Below are positions 1 through 8,237 of a stretch of DNA of 31,189 nucleotides, piece after piece. The translations under genes and the position numbers were made by a program. The DNA is from an uncultured Flavobacteriaceae bacterium (lineage in GTDB: Bacteria > Bacteroidota > Bacteroidia > B-17B0 > Aurantibacillaceae), in NCBI GenBank assembly GCA_964416235.1, contig CAYQDP010000001.1, positions 1 to 31,189 of the forward strand, in the 5' to 3' direction. Every line of letters starts with the position of its first letter. The stretch's first letter is position 1. The notes below the pieces were generated by a model, which saw nothing but the letters and a program-made list of their open reading frames with translations, was not told the DNA's origin and searched no databases.

Positions 1-2
1 CC

Positions 3-1811
3 GCTGCCGCCAACATGGGCTCAAAGGTTCTTTTGGTAACCATGAACATGCAAACCATTGCCCAAATGAGTTGTAATCCCGCCATGGGAGGAATTGCTAA
101 GGGTCAAATTGTTCGTGAGATTGATGCCCTGGGAGGTTATAGCGGAATTGTTTCCGATGTCTCAGCGATACAGTTCAGGATGCTGAACAGAAGCAAGGGT
201 CCCGCCATGTGGAGCCCGCGCTCTCAAAACGACCGCATGCTATTTGCCGCCAAATGGCGCGAAATGCTGGAACAAACGCCAAATGTTGATTTTTGGCAAG
301 ACATGGTTCGTTCATTAATTATCAGTAAAGACGGAAAAAGAGTTGAAGGAGTAATAACCGGATTGGGAATTGAATTTAAAGCAAAAGCCGTTGTACTTAC
401 AAATGGTACATTCTTAAACGGCGTTATTCATATTGGAGAAAAACAATTGGGCGGAGGAAGAACAGGCGAATCTGCTTCACACGGCATTACCGAGCAATTG
501 GTGAATTTGGGTTTTGAAAGCGGAAGAATGAAAACAGGTACGCCGCCTCGTATCGACGGAAGATCTTTAGATTATTCCAAAATGGAAGTTCAGGATGGTG
601 ATGACTGCAATTATAAATTCAGTTTTTCCGACAGCACACAACCGCTAAAAAAGCAAGTACCTTGTCATATTACTTATACCAACGAGAAAGTTCACGAGAT
701 ACTTCGTACAGGCTTTGAGAAGTCGCCGATGTTTCAAGGAAGAATACAAGGGCTTGGACCAAGATATTGCCCTAGTATTGAAGATAAAATTACACGCTTT
801 TCCGAAAGAGAGCGCCATCAGTTGTTTGTAGAGCCTGAAGGATGGAACACCGTTGAGATATATGTGAACGGATTTAGCACCTCTCTACCAGAAGATATTC
901 AGTATCAGGCACTTAGGCTGATTCCGGGCTTTGAAAACGCAAAAATGTTCAGGCCGGGCTATGCTATTGAATACGATTACTTCCCTCCTACTCAATTAGG
1001 ACTCACCTTAGAGACACAGCTTATTGAAAATTTATATTTCGCGGGACAGATCAACGGAACGACCGGTTACGAAGAAGCAGCGTGTCAGGGATTAATTGCA
1101 GGTATGAATGCTCATTTGAAAGTTAACGAAAAGAATCCTTTTGTTCTTAATCGTTACGATGCTTATATCGGTGTGTTGATTGATGATTTGGTAACAAAGG
1201 GAACGGAAGAGCCCTATCGCATGTTTACTTCTAGAGCTGAATATAGATTATTGCTGAGACAAGATAATGCAGACGTTCGCCTCACTCCTCTTTCTCATCA
1301 GCTTGGATTAGCTAGTCAGGAAAGGTTTGAAAAGGTTGAGCAAAAGATAAAGGATTATGAGAAGGTGATTGATTACTTCAAAAACACCAGCGCAAATCCG
1401 GATGAAATTAATCCTTATTTAAGTTCTGTTAATTCTGCAGAGGTCAACCAAAAGATGCGTTATTATAATATTCTCTCCAGACCGGATGTTTCTATAAAAG
1501 GTATTGCCGGCTCGTGCAAGGATGTAAACGGACTTTGTGAATATTTGACGGAAGAAACAATTGAGCAAGCAGAAATTCTAATGAAGTATGAGGGTTATCT
1601 TCAGCGTGAGCAAGAGAACGCGGAAAAGCTAAAGCGCCTGGAAGATTTGAAGATTAATCCCAACTTCAATTATGATACAATTGTAAGTTTGGGAACAGAA
1701 GCCAAGGAAAAACTAAAGAAGTTTAAACCCGCCTCTATCGGACAAGCAAGCCGAATATCGGGAATTAACCCGGCAGATATTTCGGTATTGTTAGTTCATA
1801 TGGGCCGATAA
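3..1811 (+). CDS. mnmG: tRNA uridine-5-carboxymethylaminomethyl(34) synthesis enzyme MnmG/GidA, 5'-truncated by the window edge
   Basis: Motifs [47 protein letters not shown] and [12 protein letters not shown]. The frame is open from position 3 (AAANM...) and the N-terminal GxGxxG FAD motif is absent, so the true start lies upstream. Confidence 0.98.
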   Translation, partial: AAANMGSKVLLVTMNMQTIAQMSCNPAMGGIAKGQIVREIDALGGYSGIVSDVSAIQFRMLNRSKGPAMWSPRSQNDRMLFAAKWREMLEQTPNVDFWQDMVRSLIISKDGKRVEGVITGLGIEFKAKAVVLTNGTFLNGVIHIGEKQLGGGRTGESASHGITEQLVNLGFESGRMKTGTPPRIDGRSLDYSKMEVQDGDDCNYKFSFSDSTQPLKKQVPCHITYTNEKVHEILRTGFEKSPMFQGRIQGLGPRYCPSIEDKITRFSERERHQLFVEPEGWNTVEIYVNGFSTSLPEDIQYQALRLIPGFENAKMFRPGYAIEYDYFPPTQLGLTLETQLIENLYFAGQINGTTGYEEAACQGLIAGMNAHLKVNEKNPFVLNRYDAYIGVLIDDLVTKGTEEPYRMFTSRAEYRLLLRQDNADVRLTPLSHQLGLASQERFEKVEQKIKDYEKVIDYFKNTSANPDEINPYLSSVNSAEVNQKMRYYNILSRPDVSIKGIAGSCKDVNGLCEYLTEETIEQAEILMKYEGYLQREQENAEKLKRLEDLKINPNFNYDTIVSLGTEAKEKLKKFKPASIGQASRISGINPADISVLLVHMGR

Positions 1812-1827
1812 AGTTCCACGTGAAACG
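1812..1827. promoter_or_regulatory. parS-like ParB binding site 1 (AGTTCCACGTGAAACG)
   Basis: The central 14 bp match the widespread parS consensus TGTTNCACGTGAAACA. The site begins immediately after the mnmG stop codon. Confidence 0.8.
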
Positions 1828-1833
1828 AAACCT

Positions 1834-2721
1834 ATGCTATATAAATTAGACAGATGTCCGGTTTGTGGTTCAGGCCAAAGCCAGCCGTTTATTTCCTGTA
1901 AGGATTATACGGTGAGCCAGGAAACATTCAATATCGTTTCCTGTTCGGCCTGTGGATTTAAATATACAAACCCAAGACCTAGCGATGACACCATTGGTCA
2001 GTACTATAAATCGGAAGACTACGTTAGCCATACCAACACCAAGAAGGGCTTAATAAACCGTCTTTATCATATGGTGCGTTCTCATACGCTCAAGAAGAAA
2101 TTAGGCCTTATTGAATCTTTTGTTTCACGTGGAACAATTTTGGATTACGGTTGTGGTACCGGAATGTTTTTGAATACTTGTAAAGAAGCCGGCTGGAGGT
2201 CTTTCGGCTTCGAACCGGATTCTGATGCCAGGACCATAGCTTCAAAGAAAGGGCTAAGTGTATTTAATACTAAAGAAAGTTTGGCCCTGGAATTAGGTAG
2301 CGCAAAGTTCGACGTTATTACTTTATGGCATGTATTGGAGCACGTAACGGATTTAGACGATACGCTAAGTTTCTTTAAGAATCATCTTAGCGATAAAGGA
2401 ACCCTTATAATTGCTGTTCCAAATTATACTTCTTTTGACGCGCAGCACTACAAAGAATATTGGGCAGGCTATGATGTTCCGCGCCATATCTATCATTTTA
2501 ATCTAGACTCTGTTTCTAAACTGCTTTCTAAGTTTGGCTTTACACATGTTAAAAGTTTACCGATGAAGTTTGATAGTTTCTATGTGAGCATGCTTTCAGA
2601 GAAATATAAGACCGGTTCTATACGCTATTTAAACGCCTTTATAAATGGTTTAAGATCTAATCTTAGGGCAAGAGACCCCAACGCCTATTCCAGCGTGATA
2701 TACATCTTTAAGAAGGCCTAA
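1834..2721 (+). CDS. Class I SAM-dependent methyltransferase with N-terminal CxxC...CxxC zinc-ribbon-like region
   Basis: Motif I ILDYGCGTG, motif FDVITLWHVLEH, and N-terminal CPVC and CSAC. Substrate unknown. Confidence 0.9.
   Translation: MLYKLDRCPVCGSGQSQPFISCKDYTVSQETFNIVSCSACGFKYTNPRPSDDTIGQYYKSEDYVSHTNTKKGLINRLYHMVRSHTLKKKLGLIESFVSRGTILDYGCGTGMFLNTCKEAGWRSFGFEPDSDARTIASKKGLSVFNTKESLALELGSAKFDVITLWHVLEHVTDLDDTLSFFKNHLSDKGTLIIAVPNYTSFDAQHYKEYWAGYDVPRHIYHFNLDSVSKLLSKFGFTHVKSLPMKFDSFYVSMLSEKYKTGSIRYLNAFINGLRSNLRARDPNAYSSVIYIFKKA
2121..2136. promoter_or_regulatory. parS site 2 (TGTTTCACGTGGAACA) inside the methyltransferase CDS
   Basis: Exact reverse complement of site 3; read in frame as F-V-S-R-G-T. 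Confidence 0.85.
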
Positions 2722-2733
2722 GGGCCTTTTTTT
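2713..2733 (+). terminator. Short intrinsic-terminator-like hairpin over the methyltransferase stop codon
   Basis: AAGGCC-TAAG-GGCCTT followed by a T run. Confidence 0.5.
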
Positions 2734-2746
2734 ATTTCCGGCACTT

Positions 2747-2762
2747 TGTTCCACGTGAAACA
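2747..2762. promoter_or_regulatory. parS site 3 (TGTTCCACGTGAAACA)
   Basis: Full consensus match, embedded in a longer imperfect palindrome at 2740-2769 (GGCAC...GTGCC). Confidence 0.88.
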
Positions 2763-3279
2763 ATGTGCCCATTCTTTTATTTATTCGGACAGAATAATTC
2801 TCTAAACCCTCCTCTAGGCTTCTCCTAAATATCAAATCTAAGCATCAATCTGCCTCTTTGATTCAGTTAAGGAAATCGAATGTCTTACTATTTAGTTAAG
2901 GAAAAATAAAAGACCTTGCTACCTTCTGTATCTTATAAATAATAACCGAAACCCGAACCGAATTTTAGAACAAGTATAATTTTCATTTATTTGTAATGCC
3001 CTGTTTTCAATTAATAAGCTATAATTTAATTTATATATAGTTCTGTAAAAAGGAGCAAGAAGTCTTTAGTAAAGCGGAGTCGAATGGAAAAGTTGGGCTT
3101 ATAAAAAACCTTAACTAATTAGTCAAGGACTAATATTGCATAAACCAACCTTAATCAAGTAAAACTATTAACAAGGCCGTTTGTAAGTCTTTATAGCGTA
3201 CTTCAGCCTCAGAAGTCAGGTCTTGCTCGGCTTTTGAAGAAGGCGCTCTTATAGCGTTTAAAAAGCACTAAATTCGAGC
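2763..3279. other. Candidate chromosomal replication origin (oriC) region
   Basis: Largest non-coding gap in the window, adjacent to mnmG and three parS sites. The core 2961-3050 has 16 G+C in 90 nt, with an iterated 10-mer on both sides. No canonical TTATCCACA box found. Confidence 0.45.
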
Positions 3280-4200
3280 ATGCGAATTCTTATTGCCTTT
3301 CTACTTGTCTTTGGGTCTGCGCTAAGCAAGGCACAAAACTGGTGTCCGCCCGGCGCTATATGGAAGCACGCTATGTATGGGTTTCAGTGCGTAGGTTATT
3401 CAGATCTCATTTATATTGGAGACACGGCTATTCAATCAAAAACGTGCAAAAAAATAAACCATCGTTTTATAGGTTACAATCCAATGTTTGCACCAACCGG
3501 GACGGTCAACGTTTCTATTACAAACCATTTTGCTTATGAAAACAACAAAGTGATTTACTATTTCAACATCAACTCTCAATTTGATACACTCTTTAATTTC
3601 AACGCGGGAATTGGTGATAAATGGCTACGTGTTGTTTCTCCGCATGGCGGTTCGTGCAATGTTGTTCCCCGAAAGGTTGTTGAGGTGTTGGATACAGGAA
3701 GCGTTACGTTAAACGCTGTACAATTAAGAAAATTGGTTTTGAAATATACTCACGTTTATATGAGCACTTTCACAACAACGGTTATCGATACCGTATATGA
3801 AAAAATCGGAAGCAAGCAGAACTTCTTATTTCCTTTTGTTTGTGAAGGAGCGATTGTGGATCCGGATATTTTAGCCGGCGGAGCGTTTAGATGTTATTTT
3901 GATAATTCATTTGGTAATTACAATGTATCTAGTAATTGTAATTACATAAATAATATTGATGTAAGCGTTTTAATTCCTGAAAAGTTTGTCTTGTTTCCAA
4001 ATCCCACAACAACGCGTTTTAAACTTCAGGGAGATTTTATCATGAATACAATTCGTGTATTTGATGTGTGCGGAAGGGAAAAGCAAATAAACATTATCGA
4101 TGATGAAGTAGATGTTTCTGCTCTTGATTGCGGAATCTATTTCGTGGCAGTAATAAACAAGCAAGGAAATATTGTTCGCGCGCGGTTTGTGAAATTATAA
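3280..4200 (+). CDS. T9SS type A sorting domain-containing protein, unknown function
   Basis: Sec-type signal peptide (MRILIAFLLVFGSALSKAQ) and C-terminal domain motifs FPNP...VFDVCGR...GIYFV...RFVKL. Confidence 0.85.
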   Translation: MRILIAFLLVFGSALSKAQNWCPPGAIWKHAMYGFQCVGYSDLIYIGDTAIQSKTCKKINHRFIGYNPMFAPTGTVNVSITNHFAYENNKVIYYFNINSQFDTLFNFNAGIGDKWLRVVSPHGGSCNVVPRKVVEVLDTGSVTLNAVQLRKLVLKYTHVYMSTFTTTVIDTVYEKIGSKQNFLFPFVCEGAIVDPDILAGGAFRCYFDNSFGNYNVSSNCNYINNIDVSVLIPEKFVLFPNPTTTRFKLQGDFIMNTIRVFDVCGREKQINIIDDEVDVSALDCGIYFVAVINKQGNIVRARFVKL

Positions 4201-4242
4201 AACCAAAGAGCCTATTTAACATAATAATTATTATTTAAACAC

Positions 4243-4274
4243 AAAAAAGCCCGATTGCTCGGGCCTTTGTTTTT
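4243..4274. terminator. Bidirectional intrinsic terminator between convergent genes
   Basis: A run, GCCCGA-TTGC-TCGGGC, then a T-rich tail. Confidence 0.75.
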
Positions 4275-5565
4275 ATTTACTGTTCATGATGTCTTCTATT
4301 TCTTCTGCCTCTAATGGAATGTTTTTCATTAAGTCAACCTGACCTTTTGTTGTAATGAGAATATTATTCTCTAAGCGAATGCCCAGGTTTTCTTCAGGAA
4401 TATAAATCCCCGGCTCAACCGTGAACACCATTCCCGGACGCATAGGTTCATTAAAGAAACCAACATCATGAACATCTAATCCCAAGAAATGAGATGTGCC
4501 GTGCATGAAGTATTTTTTATAAGCGGGCCAGGCAGGGTTTTGCTTTTTTACATCAGAGGCTTTGATAAGTTTTAATTTTAAAAGTTCTTCGGTCATTAAC
4601 TCCCCAACAGCCTTGTTATATTTCTCAAAGGTATTGCCGTCTTTTAGCATTTTGGTTGCGGCTTTCATTACGCGCAAAACAGCATTGTAAACTGCTTTCT
4701 GGCGTTTGCTGAATTTTCCGCTTACAGGAATACAACGCGTTAAATCGCTGGCGTAATTAGAATATTCTGCGGCAGTATCTAAAAGTAAAACATCTCCGGC
4801 TTTACATTGTTTGTTGTTTTCCACATAGTGAAGAACACAAGCGTTGTGTCCGCTAGCAATAATGGGCCCATAGGCAAAGCCTTGGCTTCTGTTTCTAACA
4901 AACTCGTGAATTAATTCCGCTTCAATTTCATATTCCCACACACCTGGTTTCACGAACTTCAATAAACGACGAAATCCTTTTTCGGTAATGTCGCAAGCTT
5001 GTTGAATAAGCTCGATTTCGTAGGTGCTCTTAATCGCGCGAATTTTATGCATGATAGGGGCGGAGCGCTCAAATTTGTGCAATGGAAACTTCTCCTTCAT
5101 CCATTTTGCAAAACGCATTTCTGCAGTTTCTGTATCAATATAACGACGCGTGTGTTCATTGCTATTCAGATAAACAAATTCTGCCTGAAAAATCAAGGTT
5201 TTTAAAACCTTTTCAAATTCATGATACCAAAATATGGTTTCGATACCACTAACGTTCGTCGCTTGCCCTTTAGTTAATTTAGCGCCTTCCCAAATCGCGA
5301 TTAATTCGCTTGTTTCCTTAACAAATAAAATTTCGCGCATTTTATTGTCTTTAGCGTCGGGAAACAATACTAAAATGGTGTCTTCCTGATCAACACCGGT
5401 TAAATAGAACAAATCGCTGTTTTGTCGGAACCCCATGGCTCCGTCGGCGTTTGTTGGTAAAATATCGTTGCTTACAAACACACTAATCGCGCCGGGCTTT
5501 AAATGTTGGCGATAACGGTTTCTGTTTTCTATAAAAAGATTGTTTTTAATAGGAGCGTATTTCAT
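4273..5565 (-). CDS. pepP: Xaa-Pro aminopeptidase (peptidase M24B, aminopeptidase P)
   Basis: N-terminal FRQNSDLFYLTG; metal ligands in LLDTAAEYSNYASDLTR, HGTSHFLGLDVHD, TVEPGIY and RLENNI. Confidence 0.92.
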   Translation of the reverse strand: MKYAPIKNNLFIENRNRYRQHLKPGAISVFVSNDILPTNADGAMGFRQNSDLFYLTGVDQEDTILVLFPDAKDNKMREILFVKETSELIAIWEGAKLTKGQATNVSGIETIFWYHEFEKVLKTLIFQAEFVYLNSNEHTRRYIDTETAEMRFAKWMKEKFPLHKFERSAPIMHKIRAIKSTYEIELIQQACDITEKGFRRLLKFVKPGVWEYEIEAELIHEFVRNRSQGFAYGPIIASGHNACVLHYVENNKQCKAGDVLLLDTAAEYSNYASDLTRCIPVSGKFSKRQKAVYNAVLRVMKAATKMLKDGNTFEKYNKAVGELMTEELLKLKLIKASDVKKQNPAWPAYKKYFMHGTSHFLGLDVHDVGFFNEPMRPGMVFTVEPGIYIPEENLGIRLENNILITTKGQVDLMKNIPLEAEEIEDIMNSK

Positions 5566-5581
5566 AGTGTAGAAATTTTGA

Positions 5582-6796
5582 TTACGAAGATAAGGTATTT
5601 ATAGGATTTAATTTTTGGGCAATTACCCACACGAAGTTTTTACGCAACTCGTTAATAAAGCGCAATTTAACCTCGTCATCCATTTTCACACTAGTGGTAT
5701 CTGAGCAAAAGTTTTGCAAACTGTCGAAATAGTTGAATATAACGGTCTGGTAATTACCCCCATCATCCAGCTCAATGTTTACCAACTGGTAGAGTGAAAT
5801 CTGCCGGATACTTCGGTTTCGGAAAGCTAAAAAACCCTTATAAATTTTGATTCCGTTTTCATCCACCATAAAGCGCGCATACTTGAAGTCGTTTTTGAGC
5901 ATGAGTCCTGCATACAGGGCCAAAACGAATAGGGAAGGAAAAGAAAACAATCCTGTTTGAAGAATGGTTAATGCTCCAATTAAAATAAAGATATATGACG
6001 ACTGAACACCCGGACTGGTAAAAAAGCTGATGTCGGGATTAAAGGCACTAATCGTTTCTTTCTTTTTTAAATAATCAAACTCTTTTTCGCGGACATTGAT
6101 TTCCGTAGTAGTTCCGTCGGTTTTTTGATTTAATAAAATAGCGGTTGCCGAATATAACTCCGGAGCGTTGTTTTTGAATTGTTGTGGTGATTCGAAAAAA
6201 TGTTCAATGGCAACGCTAAGAAATTCATTAATGTTGGCCCCGCCGTATGAGCGAAAAATGCTTGGCAGTCCTTTCTGCAACTTATAAAATTCTTTATAGG
6301 CATAGCAATACCACTTCCAAAAATAATTTTCAAAGAAGTAATCGTTGTTTTCACCACGGATACCATTAAACCTTAAGGCGTGGGCAAACTCGTGTAAACC
6401 TAAATTAATGTTGTCGTTTGGAATACGATATCCTTCAATAAAACTTTTCCAACTGAAAGAAACAAAGCCGGTTAAATTGGTTTCACCTTTTAAATATAGT
6501 CCGCTGATTTCGTTTTTAAAATCCCCAGGAAACAAAATGATAGTATCAAAGTAACCGAGTTGCCAATCTTTTAATCCCAGCGTAAGCTGAACGGCCGACG
6601 CCGAAACAATGGCTTTAACTTTATTATTTATTTCCAGATTTTTTTGCGAAATAAAATTTTTAGAACGAATAAAAACAAGCAATCTCTCAACAAAGAGGTT
6701 TTTATATTCTGATGAGAGAGTAGAATAATAGGAAAAATACTTTTCTAAAAAAGCATGAAGTTCAGCGGGATTTAAGCGAATGTCGTCGGAGGTCAT
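5582..6796 (-). CDS. MtfA-like (M90) zinc metallopeptidase with C-terminal membrane segment and extra domain
   Basis: NLGLHEFAHAL (HExxH), RSYGGANINEFLSVAIEHFFESP and ASAVQLTLGL are typical of the MtfA family. A hydrophobic stretch YIFILIGALTILQTGLFSFPSLFVLALYAGLML follows the peptidase domain. Confidence 0.8.
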   Translation of the reverse strand: MTSDDIRLNPAELHAFLEKYFSYYSTLSSEYKNLFVERLLVFIRSKNFISQKNLEINNKVKAIVSASAVQLTLGLKDWQLGYFDTIILFPGDFKNEISGLYLKGETNLTGFVSFSWKSFIEGYRIPNDNINLGLHEFAHALRFNGIRGENNDYFFENYFWKWYCYAYKEFYKLQKGLPSIFRSYGGANINEFLSVAIEHFFESPQQFKNNAPELYSATAILLNQKTDGTTTEINVREKEFDYLKKKETISAFNPDISFFTSPGVQSSYIFILIGALTILQTGLFSFPSLFVLALYAGLMLKNDFKYARFMVDENGIKIYKGFLAFRNRSIRQISLYQLVNIELDDGGNYQTVIFNYFDSLQNFCSDTTSVKMDDEVKLRFINELRKNFVWVIAQKLNPINTLSS

Positions 6797-6882
6797 TACA
6801 TGGCTAAAATCCGAAAAAACTATTAAAATTAAAAGCTAAATCCCACCTATATATAAAAGCAAGGTATTATTCCAAAAGTTTA

Positions 6883-7212
6883 TTAAACCCTTGGTCGCTC
6901 ATTTGAAAGCATGGTTTCTTGTAATTTATACGGGTTTGTTTTAACGCCGGTCTCGGCACTTAACACAGGCGAGGAAGACCTCTCTTTACAAAGCGTTTCT
7001 ACATCTTCTTTGTTTAAGTAGTGTACAAAAAAGTTTTGATTAAGCGCACGGCTTATTTTTTCAAGCAAGCCGGTATCTATGCTTTCTTTATCGAAAATTT
7101 TATAAACATTTCGGGTAGTACAGTTTATTCTTCGGGCGAATTCTGTAACTGTAATTTTTCTGTTTTTTACTGCGGTTCGGATAATTTGTCCGATGTGTAT
7201 TTTTGTTTCCAT
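6883..7212 (-). CDS. XRE/Cro-C1-type helix-turn-helix transcriptional regulator
   Basis: IHIGQIIR...ITVTEFARRINCTTRNVYKIFDKESIDTGLLEKISRALNQNFF pattern of small Bacteroidota XRE proteins. Confidence 0.85.
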   Translation of the reverse strand: METKIHIGQIIRTAVKNRKITVTEFARRINCTTRNVYKIFDKESIDTGLLEKISRALNQNFFVHYLNKEDVETLCKERSSSPVLSAETGVKTNPYKLQETMLSNERPRV

Positions 7213-7233
7213 AGGTTTATTTGTGTTTTTAGT

Positions 7234-7395
7234 TTATTGAAATATAGAAAAGAAGAGCGCGTTTTCTGAATGTGGATTAGAGACACATTCAGTTTTTATT
7301 ATTCTCAAATTGTCTTTAATAACATGCGCGGCAATAATTATCACGAGAGAAAAAACGATTCCGGCTCCGAATTTTTTAAGCGTTGATTTTTTCAT
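7234..7395 (-). CDS. Small 53-aa membrane/exported protein (not in supplied ORF track)
   Basis: Manual translation: MKKSTLKKFGAGIVFSLVIIIAAHVIKDNLRIIKTECVSNPHSENALFFSIFQ*. It has a basic N-terminus plus hydrophobic helix and fills the gap between co-oriented genes (5 nt and 21 nt spacers). Confidence 0.65.
   Translation of the reverse strand: MKKSTLKKFGAGIVFSLVIIIAAHVIKDNLRIIKTECVSNPHSENALFFSIFQ
7266..7292. repeat. Perfect 9-bp inverted repeat CTGAATGTG-N9-CACATTCAG
   Basis: Seen directly, 54-80 bp upstream of the XRE start and inside the 53-aa ORF. Confidence 0.7.
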
Positions 7396-7400
7396 GGCAT

Positions 7401-7775
7401 TTAGTTTAGTTTAATGAATAATGCTTTTTTGTTAGTGTCTTTATCTTTTATGATAAGTGTATCTTTAACCGAAACACATTCGCTGATTAGAAAATCCTGA
7501 TCGTAACAATTCCATAAAGGATAATTCATGGCATAGAAATGAATGTTACAAGGAGAATCATTTTGTACAAAGTACCAACTCAGCGTAAGGTCGGCAGAAA
7601 AGATACTGTCCCCCGATATGCTTTTCCACTTCGTGAATTTTCCCAAGGGGCCGTATTTGCCTTCATCATTATGACCCTGCTCTTGATTTGATGATGGGGC
7701 TGAAATGTTTTTTTTCTGACATGAGGCAACAATTAGTGTTGTTGCTACAATAATATACGCTAAGTTTTTTTTCAT
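7401..7775 (-). CDS. Putative lipoprotein, unknown function
   Basis: MKK, a hydrophobic stretch, the lipobox VASC, then QKKN. Confidence 0.8.
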   Translation of the reverse strand: MKKNLAYIIVATTLIVASCQKKNISAPSSNQEQGHNDEGKYGPLGKFTKWKSISGDSIFSADLTLSWYFVQNDSPCNIHFYAMNYPLWNCYDQDFLISECVSVKDTLIIKDKDTNKKALFIKLN

Positions 7776-7784
7776 AAGCTTTGT

Positions 7785-8036
7785 TTAACTGATATATCCG
7801 ATTTTAATGTTTAGATAATTTCCTTTTTTGTTTTTCAACACAAACTTTATATAGGTAGGAGGATTAAATATTTTTATGGATGGAGCTTTTAACTTTATGT
7901 GGAAGGCCCTCTCCTTTTGTATGAGCTTTTTAAACAGACCGTGGTTTTCTTTTTCTTTGGTGGCCTCGGGCGTTTTGTGTGCGCAAAGCGAAATACTTAT
8001 TAAAAGCAAAAGAATAATTTGTAGTGTTGTTTTCAT
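7785..8036 (-). CDS. Small cationic exported protein (83 aa)
   Basis: Hydrophobic leader MKTTLQIILLLLISISLCA, a -7 promoter box 4 nt upstream of the ATG, and a 9-nt gap to the next gene. Confidence 0.7.
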   Translation of the reverse strand: MKTTLQIILLLLISISLCAHKTPEATKEKENHGLFKKLIQKERAFHIKLKAPSIKIFNPPTYIKFVLKNKKGNYLNIKIGYIS

Positions 8037-8040
8037 GCCC

Positions 8041-8048
8041 CAAAACTA
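8041..8048 (-). promoter_or_regulatory. Bacteroidota sigma-70 -7 element (TAGTTTTG) for the small-protein operon
   Basis: Matches TAnnTTTG on the minus strand. Confidence 0.7.
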
Positions 8049-8149
8049 TCTCAGCATCAAGACCTACTGAAAAGGATTTGCGCCAAACGCTGATGTAAAT
8101 GTGGATTTATTGCGAGTAAATGAACAAAATGGACATGTTGTTGTGTGGC

Positions 8150-8177
8150 TTTTGCGATTTTTGCAAACACCGCAAAA
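8150..8177. promoter_or_regulatory. Nested palindrome, candidate operator in the divergent promoter region
   Basis: TTTTGCG-ATT-TTTGCAAA-CAC-CGCAAAA; the inner and outer palindromes share one centre. Confidence 0.45.
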
Positions 8178-8237
8178 ACCCCCTTGCTTTTTCACAAAAA
8201 TCAATACCTTTAATTCTTAATTCACCCGAAAATTAAT

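Noticed and set aside
2650-2835. 61-aa minus-strand ORF and a 21-codon plus-strand ORF at 2763
   Set aside because: They overlap the methyltransferase end and parS site 3, with no recognisable motif or promoter; most likely chance frames.
3165-3173. CTATTAACA as a DnaA box
   Set aside because: Three mismatches to TTATCCACA and a single copy; not enough to call.
6794-6801. ATG-TAA start-stop overlapping the MtfA-like start (and ATG-TGA at 23877-23882)
   Set aside because: Expected by chance in AT-rich DNA; no independent support.
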